Assembly (NCBI GenBank): GCA_003213515.1 | Contig: QCMV01000001.1 | Span: 60,272 to 124,271, forward strand | DNA: 64,000 nucleotides | Source: Pelagibacteraceae bacterium AG-422-N09 | GTDB taxonomy: Bacteria; Pseudomonadota; Alphaproteobacteria; Pelagibacterales; AG-422-B15 | Direction: 5' to 3' | In this document: positions 8,842 to 17,912 of the stretch, in pieces | Position numbering within the stretch: the stretch's first letter is position 1 | Layout of the letters: each line of letters begins with the position of its first letter | Notes under the pieces: model-generated | The model's database searches: none | What the model was told of the DNA's origin: nothing | Seen by the model: only the letters and a program-made list of their open reading frames with translations | Position numbers and translations under genes: made by a program

Positions 8842-10002
8842 ATGACAGAAAAGATATTCAATTTTACTAAAAATGTTTGCTATGTCCTTATTGTTTCGCT
8901 GAGTGTTTTGTCGATGATTAATCATTCTGCTTATGCATCAAATTGGTCAAACAACCACAAAAAAGCAGTTAAAAATGAATGTAAAATTGCTGTTAAAAGT
9001 GGTGAGTATTTAACTCAAAAAGAATGCAAATTTCATAAATATTCAATTATCAATTCATATGGTTATGCAGACCCCGCAAGATTACAAGACCCTGAACTTG
9101 AGAGAATGGTAAAATTAAAATGCACTATTTATATGAAAAAAAGTGCCTTTGAATACAATCAGTGTGTTGAAACTTACGTAAATAAACAACTTGGTATTGA
9201 AAGGCCTCCTGATCCTGAAAAACCCAAAGAAATAATTAACGACCCTGAAGAACCAACACAGATTGTTGAAATTCCAACATCAAAGAAAGCAGATGAGATC
9301 TATGATGAATTAAAGAAAGTTGTTGTGTATGTGGAGTCTTGGTCCTACGAGGATGACTATGATGACTATGATAAGTTTTATTCTGCCTATAAGAAAGCAC
9401 TAGATGAGAATAAAGTAAGCAGTGGTTCAGCGGTATTAGTTAAGGAGAATATTTTTGCGACTAATTGTCATGTTATATCGACTCAAGAGTATGATGGGCA
9501 GCCTATGAGTGAATGGACTATGAATGATATAATTGATCTTATTGATGTAAGTAAAAAATCTACAGATAAAGAAAGGCTTTATTTTGCTTCATATTTAAAT
9601 GGAAATTTAAAGAAAGACGTCTGTTTAGTAAAAATTTATAGTGAAAATGATTATGATGCAGAACCTGTTAAAATAAAAAAATCTAATGATGTAAGTATAT
9701 TCGATAAAGTATTTGCTCTAGGAAATCCTGGCGGTAATGTTGCAACTTTCTCAAGAGGTCAAATTACTGGAGAAACTAATAACTTCCTATATTTTGGCCA
9801 ACCTCTGTATGAAGAAGATGCAACAATTTTTCAACACAATGCTCCCATTGAGAAAGGAAATTCAGGAGGAGGTCTATTTGATAAAAACGGATATTTAATT
9901 GCAATCAATTCTGCTGGTGACCCAGATACTTTTGATAATAAAGATTTAATTCCTCATAACTACGCAATAGCTATTGATGAATTCTTAAAATTTTTACCAT
10001 AA
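8842..10002 (+). CDS. Exported trypsin-like serine protease (S1, no PDZ) with Cys-rich N-terminal domain
   Basis: SGSAV, ATNCHVI (His), DVCLVKI (Asp), GNSGGGLF (Ser); signal peptide ending AYA; Pro/Glu linker. Confidence 0.85.
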   Translation: MTEKIFNFTKNVCYVLIVSLSVLSMINHSAYASNWSNNHKKAVKNECKIAVKSGEYLTQKECKFHKYSIINSYGYADPARLQDPELERMVKLKCTIYMKKSAFEYNQCVETYVNKQLGIERPPDPEKPKEIINDPEEPTQIVEIPTSKKADEIYDELKKVVVYVESWSYEDDYDDYDKFYSAYKKALDENKVSSGSAVLVKENIFATNCHVISTQEYDGQPMSEWTMNDIIDLIDVSKKSTDKERLYFASYLNGNLKKDVCLVKIYSENDYDAEPVKIKKSNDVSIFDKVFALGNPGGNVATFSRGQITGETNNFLYFGQPLYEEDATIFQHNAPIEKGNSGGGLFDKNGYLIAINSAGDPDTFDNKDLIPHNYAIAIDEFLKFLP

Positions 10003-10005
10003 GTT

Positions 10006-10446
10006 ATGAGTGAAAATTTGCACGGATTAAAAGGGTGGCTTATCTTAGTAGCAATATTAGTTTGCTTAGGTCCGCCTGGTATAATTTATTCAACAGTCAC
10101 ATTCATTATGGAAGTGAGCGTCGAATGGCAAATATTTGATGGATCATTAAAATATTTCATCGTTGTAACATGCATTATGAACTTCATTTTATTAATTGTT
10201 TCAATGTATTTGATTTACTTATTTTTTAAAAAGATGAGAAGCTTCAAAATATGCTTTATTATTTATTTAGGACTAACAGCAATACTTACTAGTTTGCTAA
10301 CTATTTGGTTTATTTTTTTAGTGCCAACTATATTTTCCCTAGAAATTTTAGATTTAACTGAAATTTTTGGAGCAATAATACCAGCGTTCGTATGGATACC
10401 ATACATAATATACTCAAAACGCGTAAAAAATACGTTTATAAATTAA
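10006..10446 (+). CDS. DUF2569-like membrane protein
   Basis: N-terminal GLKGWLILVAI, four TM segments, C-terminal WIPYIIYSKRVKNTF typical of the family. Confidence 0.75.
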   Translation: MSENLHGLKGWLILVAILVCLGPPGIIYSTVTFIMEVSVEWQIFDGSLKYFIVVTCIMNFILLIVSMYLIYLFFKKMRSFKICFIIYLGLTAILTSLLTIWFIFLVPTIFSLEILDLTEIFGAIIPAFVWIPYIIYSKRVKNTFIN

Positions 10447-10459
10447 ATATCAGAAAAAA

Positions 10460-11692
10460 TTATTTCTTTGATTGAACGATTGCTTTAAGCCTCTCAATTA
10501 ATGAAAACTTATCGTCAATAAAATCATTTTCTGCCCACCAGTCTTCAACTTCTTTTAAGATGTCTCCAACCATTGGGCCTTGAGATATTCCCATGTTTAT
10601 TACATCTTTGGCTGTTAGAGCAAAAGATGGCTTCTCCCAGCTTTGAGCAACTTCATATAGAGATCTCCAATTTACTTCATTTTTATTATTTGTATCCTTA
10701 GCCCAATTAACAAGTATTTGTTTTTGAAAACCGTCACGACCTAATAGATAAAGTAAATATCTAACTTCTTTCATTGACATGTAAGAAACGATTTTTTTAT
10801 TCAGTGTGCTTAATTTCAATAAGTCAGTAGAGTCTGATTTTGATAAAGGTAATTTTTTTATGATAGTGTTTGCTTTATCCAGTGAGTTTTCAATTAGAGT
10901 ACTTAATCTCAATATTGGATCAATTGAAAGGGATATTCTACTTTCTATTTCAATTAAATTTACAAATGCGTCATTTATGCTAGTGCCATCAAAATAAACA
11001 TCAAGCAAACCTATTTCACTCATAGCAGAAATTGCATTATTTGGAGCATTTAGACTTAGAATTGACTTTAGTTCATTCCATTGCCTTTCCTTAGAAACAA
11101 CTGATAACTTATCAAGATTTGCTTTTATTGTTTTAATCACCTCAGCGTCAGGAGATATATCGCCAAATAATGCTAAAAAACGAAAATACCTTAGTATTCT
11201 AAGGTAATCTTCTTTTATTCTTTCATCTGGATTTCCAATGAAACGAACGACTCTGTTTTCTAAATCTGTTTTACCATCTTTAGGGTCTATTAAATTTCCA
11301 CCCTTATCTAAATACATTGCATTTATGGTAAAATCTCTCCTTAAAACATCTTCCTCTAAACTATTTGAGAATGAGACTTGAGCGTGTCTTCCATCAGTAA
11401 AAATATCGTTTCTAAAAGTTGTAATTTCAAACTTTCTTTCATTAATTATTGCTGTAACCGTTCCATGATCTATTCCTATATCAATAAATTTAATATTTTC
11501 TTTATTGAGTATTTCGGTAATAGTTTTTGGCTCTAAGGAAGTAGCAAAATCAATATCTGTGATATCCCTATTTAAAAGTGCATCTCTGACAGAGCCTCCA
11601 ACAACAAAAATACTATTTTTTTGATAGGCTTCAAAAAGATCAAATACCTGCGCAACGTCGCTTTGATCTAGGATTGATGAAAATCTACTCAT
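10460..11692 (-). CDS. cca: CCA tRNA nucleotidyltransferase
   Basis: VGGSVRDALL, DIDFAT, RRDFTINA, EDYLRILRYFRF. Confidence 0.9.
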   Translation of the reverse strand: MSRFSSILDQSDVAQVFDLFEAYQKNSIFVVGGSVRDALLNRDITDIDFATSLEPKTITEILNKENIKFIDIGIDHGTVTAIINERKFEITTFRNDIFTDGRHAQVSFSNSLEEDVLRRDFTINAMYLDKGGNLIDPKDGKTDLENRVVRFIGNPDERIKEDYLRILRYFRFLALFGDISPDAEVIKTIKANLDKLSVVSKERQWNELKSILSLNAPNNAISAMSEIGLLDVYFDGTSINDAFVNLIEIESRISLSIDPILRLSTLIENSLDKANTIIKKLPLSKSDSTDLLKLSTLNKKIVSYMSMKEVRYLLYLLGRDGFQKQILVNWAKDTNNKNEVNWRSLYEVAQSWEKPSFALTAKDVINMGISQGPMVGDILKEVEDWWAENDFIDDKFSLIERLKAIVQSKK

Positions 11693-11709
11693 AAGTCAGA
11701 TTATTTATA

Positions 11710-12348
11710 TTATTTTAAAATTTGATAAAGATTAATCAACATTCCAGCAGTTGCTCCCCAGATATTGTAATCTTTATAAGGTAAAACATAGTAGTCATAG
11801 TCATATTTTTTATTGTTTACCTCATATGTGGCACTTTCTTTCTTATGATTGTTTGAGTCCATTAAGAATTCTAAGGGGAGAAAAAATATTTCATCCACTT
11901 CATTTTGATTTGCCTTTAGATAGGAGTGATCAGATACTATAGATACAATTGGCATGATCCTAAATCCTGTGCCAGTTATATATACATCAAGATTTCCTAA
12001 CACATTTACATCATCAGACCTTAAACCAACTTCTTCGTTAGCCTCTCGTAAAGCAGTTTCTATTGGAGACATATCATTTTTTTCAATTTTACCTCCAGGA
12101 AAACTAATTTGTCCTGCATGATCTTTTAAATTATCCAGTCTTTTAGTTAATAATATTTTTACTTCATCATTTGAATAACATATGGGTACAAGTACAGCTG
12201 ATGGATTTAGATTAGCTTTATCTTTTTCAGCTTCTGCCAGAGGGTGATGATGTCTTGTTAAAAAATCATTTGTAAGTATTTCAAAATACTCATGAGATAT
12301 CTTCTCTGGACCATCAAATAAATCCATCAATTTATCTAAAGGCATCAT
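11710..12348 (-). CDS. Nudix CoA pyrophosphatase
   Basis: LLTKR..LKDHAGQISFPGG, ALREANEEVG Nudix box, IWGATAGML. Confidence 0.9.
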   Translation of the reverse strand: MMPLDKLMDLFDGPEKISHEYFEILTNDFLTRHHHPLAEAEKDKANLNPSAVLVPICYSNDEVKILLTKRLDNLKDHAGQISFPGGKIEKNDMSPIETALREANEEVGLRSDDVNVLGNLDVYITGTGFRIMPIVSIVSDHSYLKANQNEVDEIFFLPLEFLMDSNNHKKESATYEVNNKKYDYDYYVLPYKDYNIWGATAGMLINLYQILK

Positions 12349-12926
12349 TCTTTTTCAACTTCATGAATGTTGAAACTTTCACCCATACTTTCTATAACTA
12401 AGTATTTTTTATTATTAATTATCTTTTCCTCTGCAAGGTCCACTAGTTCATAAAAAACTGATCTGGATAAAAGTGCATGGAGATTTTTTCTGATCAGGAT
12501 ATAAGGTGACGGTTCTGAATTTTCTCCAATTTTAATTATTAATGGATTCTCTTTAGAGAGAAGAATTTCTTCATTGAGATTTGTTTTAAATAGATAACCA
12601 GTTTTACTACTTATCTCAACTTTATTAAGGGACACAGCAACAAACGGTGCATCTTCAACCTGAATTCTAACTTTCTCAACGGGTGTAACTAAGTAGTAGC
12701 ATGCGTCTTCATCTAATCTTAATATGCTTGAGAAAAGTTTAACCATCGCAGGTCTTTTTATTTCAGAGCCCATGTAAAACCATTTTCCATTTCTTAAAAT
12801 CTTCATGTCAATATCACCACAAAATGGAGGGTTCCATTTTTCTACAGGCGGCAGTGATTGCTTATTTTTTTTGCTGAAACTATAAATTGTTTCTAGTCCT
12901 TTTAAATTTACTGGATTATCGTTCAT
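12345..12926 (-). CDS. DUF1285 family protein
   Basis: PPVEKWNPPFCGDIDM, LVTPVEK.IQVEDAPF; usual neighbour of the CoA pyrophosphatase. Confidence 0.85.
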   Translation of the reverse strand: MNDNPVNLKGLETIYSFSKKNKQSLPPVEKWNPPFCGDIDMKILRNGKWFYMGSEIKRPAMVKLFSSILRLDEDACYYLVTPVEKVRIQVEDAPFVAVSLNKVEISSKTGYLFKTNLNEEILLSKENPLIIKIGENSEPSPYILIRKNLHALLSRSVFYELVDLAEEKIINNKKYLVIESMGESFNIHEVEKE

Positions 12927-13031
12927 GCTTCACTTGAATTTATAATTAATGGATTTATCAATATTTTTCATTATAAAACTTCAATAATCTTTTTAATTAG
13001 ATAATATTCTCAAGATATAATTAATAATTTT

Positions 13032-13037
13032 GGAGGT
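13032..13037 (+). promoter_or_regulatory. Shine-Dalgarno site of MaoC gene
   Basis: GGAGGT 5 nt before ATG 13043. Confidence 0.75.
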
Positions 13038-13042
13038 ATACT

Positions 13043-13498
13043 ATGCAAAGTGTGGATGTAAAGGATTTAGAAAATTATAAAGGTAAAGATATGGGACATT
13101 CAGATTGGATGTCAATTGATCAAAATAGAATAAATTTATTCGCCGATGCAACTGATGATCATCAGTGGATTCATGTTAATGAAGAAAAAGCCCAAAAAGA
13201 ACTTCCTACTAAAAGCACAATTGCACATGGTTTCTTAAGCCTTTCTCTATCAGTACCGTTGGCTGGTAAAATCTGGACAGTTACAGGAGCTAAAATGATG
13301 ATTAATTATGGCTTAAATAAAGTAAGATTTATTAATATGGTTCCAGTTAATTCCCGTGTGAGAATGGGAATAAAAATTAAAGAGGTAAACAAATTGGATA
13401 ACGGCGGAACGCAGGTAATCAGTGAGGCTACTCTCGAAATTGAAGGACAAGACAAACCAGCGTATGTTGCAGAACAAATCATGGTAGCATTTCCTTAA
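13043..13498 (+). CDS. MaoC-family dehydratase
   Basis: FADATDDHQWIHV, IAHGFLSLS, NYGLNKVRF. Confidence 0.9.
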   Translation: MQSVDVKDLENYKGKDMGHSDWMSIDQNRINLFADATDDHQWIHVNEEKAQKELPTKSTIAHGFLSLSLSVPLAGKIWTVTGAKMMINYGLNKVRFINMVPVNSRVRMGIKIKEVNKLDNGGTQVISEATLEIEGQDKPAYVAEQIMVAFP

Positions 13499-13500
13499 AA

Positions 13501-14343
13501 ATGAGTAATAAATCATTTCCTGATCCAGATGCAAGTTCAATTAATTTAAACACTGAGATAATTAAGCTTTTAACCTGGAACGTATGGTGGAAATTTGAAA
13601 ACTATAAGGAACGAGAAAATCTAATCATTTCTGAAATCAATAATTCTTGTCCAGATATTTTGTGTCTACAAGAAGTATGGGAAGAAACTGATGAAAGTCA
13701 GGCTAAAATAATCGCAGATCAACTTGGGTATAACTATATCTTTGAAAAATCATTTGAATTTGATGGGGTTGCGTTTGGAAATGCAATCATTACTAAATTC
13801 CCAATCAATTCTCACCATACTGTAATGTTTGAGACTGAAGCAGAGAAAGATGAAAAAAGATTTTTGCTTCATCTCTCATTAGAATATAAAACTGAGACGA
13901 TAAACGTTATTTGCACTCACCTTAATTATAAATATGAACATCAGCAAGTAAGAGAAGATCAAGTAAATCAAATAATAGAATACATTAGTAAATTAGAACA
14001 ATCAAAATTCCCTATAATTTTGTGTGGAGATTTCAATGCGGATCCAGAAAGTGATGAAATTAGAAAGATTACTGGTTTAACTAAGCCAGTAAACGATATC
14101 GTTTTAAGAGATGTATGGAAATTAACAAATAGAAATGATCCTGGTTACACTTGGTCAAACAGCAATGATTGGGCAAAAAAAACTTTAGAATATAATCGAC
14201 GAATTGATTACATATTTTTAGGCAAACCTGGACCTAATGGTCTGGGTCATCCAATTGAGTGCAACCTTGTCGGCACAGAAAAAAATAAATTTTTTCCAAG
14301 TGATCACTTTGGATTACTGGCTCATTTGGTCGGTATGAACTGA
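13501..14343 (+). CDS. Endonuclease/exonuclease/phosphatase family protein
   Basis: TWNV, DILCLQEV, CGDFNA, RIDYIF, PSDH. Confidence 0.9.
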   Translation: MSNKSFPDPDASSINLNTEIIKLLTWNVWWKFENYKERENLIISEINNSCPDILCLQEVWEETDESQAKIIADQLGYNYIFEKSFEFDGVAFGNAIITKFPINSHHTVMFETEAEKDEKRFLLHLSLEYKTETINVICTHLNYKYEHQQVREDQVNQIIEYISKLEQSKFPIILCGDFNADPESDEIRKITGLTKPVNDIVLRDVWKLTNRNDPGYTWSNSNDWAKKTLEYNRRIDYIFLGKPGPNGLGHPIECNLVGTEKNKFFPSDHFGLLAHLVGMN

Positions 14344-14717
14344 TGAGTATTTTGTTATCCATTTTTTTAGGTGGAGGCGTCGGAGCTTTATTGCGTTTTC
14401 TTATCAGTGAACAGACTGATCGATTATTTTTAAGTTCATTTCCATTTGGAACAATAGTTGTCAATGTTCTTGGGGCATTTTTGATGGGATTAGTCGTTAG
14501 TTATTTTGCAGACAAAGTTAATGTATCCCAAAATATAAAAATGTTTTTAACTATTGGTTTCCTCGGAGGTTTCACGACTTTTTCAACTTTTAATTTGGAT
14601 TTTTATCAATTATTCAGCAACGGAGAAATTTTAGCCTCACTTTTATATCTGTTTGTGACATTCACATTTACAGTTATAGCTTTTTATCTTGGGCTAAGTT
14701 TATTCAAATTTCTTTAA
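14343..14717 (+). CDS. crcB: Fluoride channel Fluc/CrcB
   Basis: GALLRF, FPFGTIVVN, GFLGGFTTFSTF. Confidence 0.92.
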   Translation: MSILLSIFLGGGVGALLRFLISEQTDRLFLSSFPFGTIVVNVLGAFLMGLVVSYFADKVNVSQNIKMFLTIGFLGGFTTFSTFNLDFYQLFSNGEILASLLYLFVTFTFTVIAFYLGLSLFKFL

Positions 14718-14718
14718 A

Positions 14719-15270
14719 TTATTTATTACGTCTTCTTAACATAAATTCAGCAAGCCCATCGTAACCTTTCTCAATCATCATTTTCGCTGATGCAACATTT
14801 TGAACTTGATCAAGGGGCTTTATTTGATGAGCGACAACTGTGGTATTCATAAATTGTGCAGCAGAACAAATAGAGATAATTTCGGATATAACTTTTTCAT
14901 CAAAGCCATATTCTAATATAGCAGCTACATCTTCTTCAGTAATTGAGCGAATGTCTTCATTTACTTTGTGAGATAATTTTAGAATTGGCTTATACTTAGC
15001 TTCTATTTGTGATTGTTCAATATCATTCATAAAATCTAGGTCATTCTTGTCTCTTAAAATTTTCTTTGATATTTCAACATGAATATTCTTGCAGTACCCA
15101 CAGCCGTTTAATCCTGAGACATAGGCGAATATCATCTCTTTAATATGTGTTGGTAATAGTGTTTCTTGTCTCATTAGAGACTCTAAATAAGCCACATAAT
15201 GTTTCTGATAGCCCCAGTTATCTAAAAAGACATCATATACTGATTTATACTTACTTAAAAAATTACTCAT
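14719..15270 (-). CDS. AhpD/carboxymuconolactone decarboxylase-family (peroxidase-related) protein
   Basis: KEMIFAYVSGLNGCGYCKNIH (E..CxxC..H). Confidence 0.8.
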   Translation of the reverse strand: MSNFLSKYKSVYDVFLDNWGYQKHYVAYLESLMRQETLLPTHIKEMIFAYVSGLNGCGYCKNIHVEISKKILRDKNDLDFMNDIEQSQIEAKYKPILKLSHKVNEDIRSITEEDVAAILEYGFDEKVISEIISICSAAQFMNTTVVAHQIKPLDQVQNVASAKMMIEKGYDGLAEFMLRRRNK

Positions 15271-15285
15271 ATTTTTGATCCTAAT

Positions 15286-15360
15286 TGGCTGGGGCGGGAG
15301 GATTCGAACCTCCGAATGCCGCTACCAAAAAGCGGTGCCTTACCGCTTGGCCACGCCCCA
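15286..15360 (-). tRNA. tRNA-Gln(UUG)
   Basis: Reverse complement TGGGGCGTGGCCAAGCGGTAAGGCA-CCGCT-TTTTGGT-AGCGG..GGTTCGAATCC..GCCCCAGCCA; encoded CCA. Confidence 0.95.
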
Positions 15361-15403
15361 ACGCTATATAATTATTTAATTTAAGAAAAAGATTTTGCAA
15401 TCT

Positions 15404-16237
15404 TTATATTAACTTCGTTAAATATGTCCACCAATTGGGGTGTTCTTCAGATATCCTCTGTATTGCTTCCTCCGCCTTTTGTTTATCTTTATAAACAGTA
15501 AAATATGCAGAGCCACTTCCTGTCATTCGTTCATACTTACAATTTATATCATTATCTAAATATTCTCTTATTTTTTTCATTTCTTGATTAGCAAGAAGTG
15601 CTGTTTTTTCCAATTCATTTGATGTACCTTTTAGAATTCCATCTAAGTTAGTATCTTTATTGTATGAGAATTTTTCTCCACTTAAATTGGAATGTTTATT
15701 AAAAATTTCCTTAGTACTATTTTGAACATTTGGAAATACAATTAGAAAATGCTTATCCGTATTGATTTTTAACCTTTGATCAACATTCCCTTTTCCAGAA
15801 ATCAGTGCAGATCCCTCATCAATAAAAAATTCAATGTCTGACCCAAGATCTCTTGCAATTTCAGTTGAGCTTGAATTATCTAACAAATTGGATCTTACTA
15901 AATATTTAATTATTTCTGCGACATTTGACGAACCGCCACCTAAACCCGATCCCACTGGTATATTTTTTACAACATGAATAGCAAATGATTTCTGCTTTAA
16001 ATAATTCTTATCAATTAAATAATTAAATAATTTAGAAACATGATCATTGGATCCCACTTGGTCTCCAAAAGGGCCATTATATGAGATACTAAATGAGCTT
16101 TCATCTTTTATTCTTATCTCATCATAAAGATCGATCCTTGATAACACTGAGTTTAATTCGTGAAAACCAGTATCAAGTTTGTCTAATACATTTAAGAAAA
16201 GATTTATTTTTGCGTAGGATTTTATGGTATTTAACAA
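15404..16237 (-). CDS. ispE: 4-diphosphocytidyl-2-C-methyl-D-erythritol kinase
   Basis: AKINLFL, KNIPVGSGLGGGSSN, LGSDI, MTGSGS. Confidence 0.93.
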   Translation of the reverse strand: MLNTIKSYAKINLFLNVLDKLDTGFHELNSVLSRIDLYDEIRIKDESSFSISYNGPFGDQVGSNDHVSKLFNYLIDKNYLKQKSFAIHVVKNIPVGSGLGGGSSNVAEIIKYLVRSNLLDNSSSTEIARDLGSDIEFFIDEGSALISGKGNVDQRLKINTDKHFLIVFPNVQNSTKEIFNKHSNLSGEKFSYNKDTNLDGILKGTSNELEKTALLANQEMKKIREYLDNDINCKYERMTGSGSAYFTVYKDKQKAEEAIQRISEEHPNWWTYLTKLI

Positions 16238-16242
16238 CGTAC

Positions 16243-17901
16243 TTAGATTCCTTTAAGTAGTTTGATTTTAACTTTGTCCTCAAATATATTTTCCTGATCT
16301 AAATCTATGGCTTTCTGCCAATAAAAACGTGCTTCAAGTTCATTTCCCAGCTTCCAGAGCACATCGCCATAATGATCATTTACAGTTGGATCGTATGGCA
16401 TCATATCTAAAGAAAACTCCAACAAAGATAGGGCTTCATTATACTTGCCAACTTTAAAATAATACCAGGCAAGGCTATCAACTATGTATGGATCGTTTGG
16501 TTTCAATTCCATTGCTTGTTCTATCATAACTTTAGCCTCGGATATATTTTGATCCATATCGATATAAGAATATCCTAAATAATTGAGAACATCTGCTTGA
16601 TCTTCAGAAAGTTTCAATGATCTTTTTAAATTCTTTTCAGCTAACTTCCAATTTTTAGAACGTTCATGAACAATTCCTATATTAAAATAAACTTCCCAAA
16701 TGTTTTCTTTGTCAAACTTTTTACCAAGCTTTAATGCATGATCGTAATTATCGATTGCATCAGACCAATTCTTTTCATAACGGTGATAATTTCCAAGTGA
16801 AAGGTAAGCTTCAAAGCTATCATCAACTTCGACATAAGTATTTAAATTTTGAATTGCTTTTTCATTGTTGCCCTCGTAGCTATATGCATCTGAAATTTGA
16901 ATTGCAGCAAAATTACCTAGATAATGCTTCTTTGGGATATAACTCAGCACCTCTCTTGCCTTATCATGATTTTCCAACTGATTAAGAAAAGAAGCAAATA
17001 TATACTTGATCTCATGTAAATTAGGAGAGGTGTCAATTGCTAGTTGATATAACATATGTGCGAGTTCTTCATTTAAATCCTCAATCAAAAGTTGTGAATT
17101 AAATAAAACTACTCCTATTCCTTGAAGAGGGTTTTGAATAATCCTATTTTTATTTGAAGTTAAAAATTTATTCTGAAATTCTTCATCATATGAAGACAAA
17201 AACTCATCTGCAAAAGTATCTTTCTTCTCAGTCAAATTATTTCGATGTAGAAAATTATAATATAGACGTAAAACGTATAAATCTCTTTGTACTGATAAAG
17301 ATTGGTCATAAAAAACCTCCGCTAATTCAATCTCATCAGCATAGTCATAAATTAGAGCTTTATGCACAAGTGTTAGGTGTTGATGTTCGCCTGTGGAAAT
17401 TAAATCGATTAGCGCCATACTTTTATCTATTGTGTTACTATCGGCCCATACCCAAGCTCTAAGCAGTCTTACAAACGTGCTATCAGATAAATTCCCTCTC
17501 CAAATACTTGCAAAACTTTGATCAGCATAACCTGGCTTATAAGAGTTTAAGTAAGAAATCCCATTAACAAGATGACCTTGTGGTGATTGATTATTCATAC
17601 AACATGAATTCACATTTTTATCACAGCCTGCTTTTGCAAGTTTGAAAGAGTAGTTATTTGCACTAAGCAAATCTCCATCCAAGATACTAAGCAACAACAG
17701 TCTATCTAAAGCAAGTAAATCGTTTGGATTCGATCTGTGCAGCCTTTGATAATATCTCTTGGTTACACTGTAGTCATTTGAGTCACTAGAAATTTTTGCA
17801 ACCAAGTAATCGCCCACCTGAGGCGGAATAAATTGTGCTGCATGAAGATTAATGCTTGAGATGTTAAATATTAGTAAAAATATAATAGTTCTTATAAGCA
17901 T
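16243..17901 (-). CDS. Exported tetratricopeptide-repeat protein
   Basis: TPRs with LNYLGYS, DSLAWYY, HYGDVLWKLG..EARFYWQKA; usual gene before ispE. Start moved to ATG 17901 (MLIRTIIF signal peptide) to remove the overlap with ETF-QO. Confidence 0.85.
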   Translation of the reverse strand: MLIRTIIFLLIFNISSINLHAAQFIPPQVGDYLVAKISSDSNDYSVTKRYYQRLHRSNPNDLLALDRLLLLSILDGDLLSANNYSFKLAKAGCDKNVNSCCMNNQSPQGHLVNGISYLNSYKPGYADQSFASIWRGNLSDSTFVRLLRAWVWADSNTIDKSMALIDLISTGEHQHLTLVHKALIYDYADEIELAEVFYDQSLSVQRDLYVLRLYYNFLHRNNLTEKKDTFADEFLSSYDEEFQNKFLTSNKNRIIQNPLQGIGVVLFNSQLLIEDLNEELAHMLYQLAIDTSPNLHEIKYIFASFLNQLENHDKAREVLSYIPKKHYLGNFAAIQISDAYSYEGNNEKAIQNLNTYVEVDDSFEAYLSLGNYHRYEKNWSDAIDNYDHALKLGKKFDKENIWEVYFNIGIVHERSKNWKLAEKNLKRSLKLSEDQADVLNYLGYSYIDMDQNISEAKVMIEQAMELKPNDPYIVDSLAWYYFKVGKYNEALSLLEFSLDMMPYDPTVNDHYGDVLWKLGNELEARFYWQKAIDLDQENIFEDKVKIKLLKGI

Positions 17902-17912
17902 AGACTTATGCT

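Noticed and set aside
9352-9372. GATGACTAT tandem repeat (2.3 copies) in the protease gene
   Set aside because: In-frame and short; encodes DDYDDYD with no sign of phase variation.
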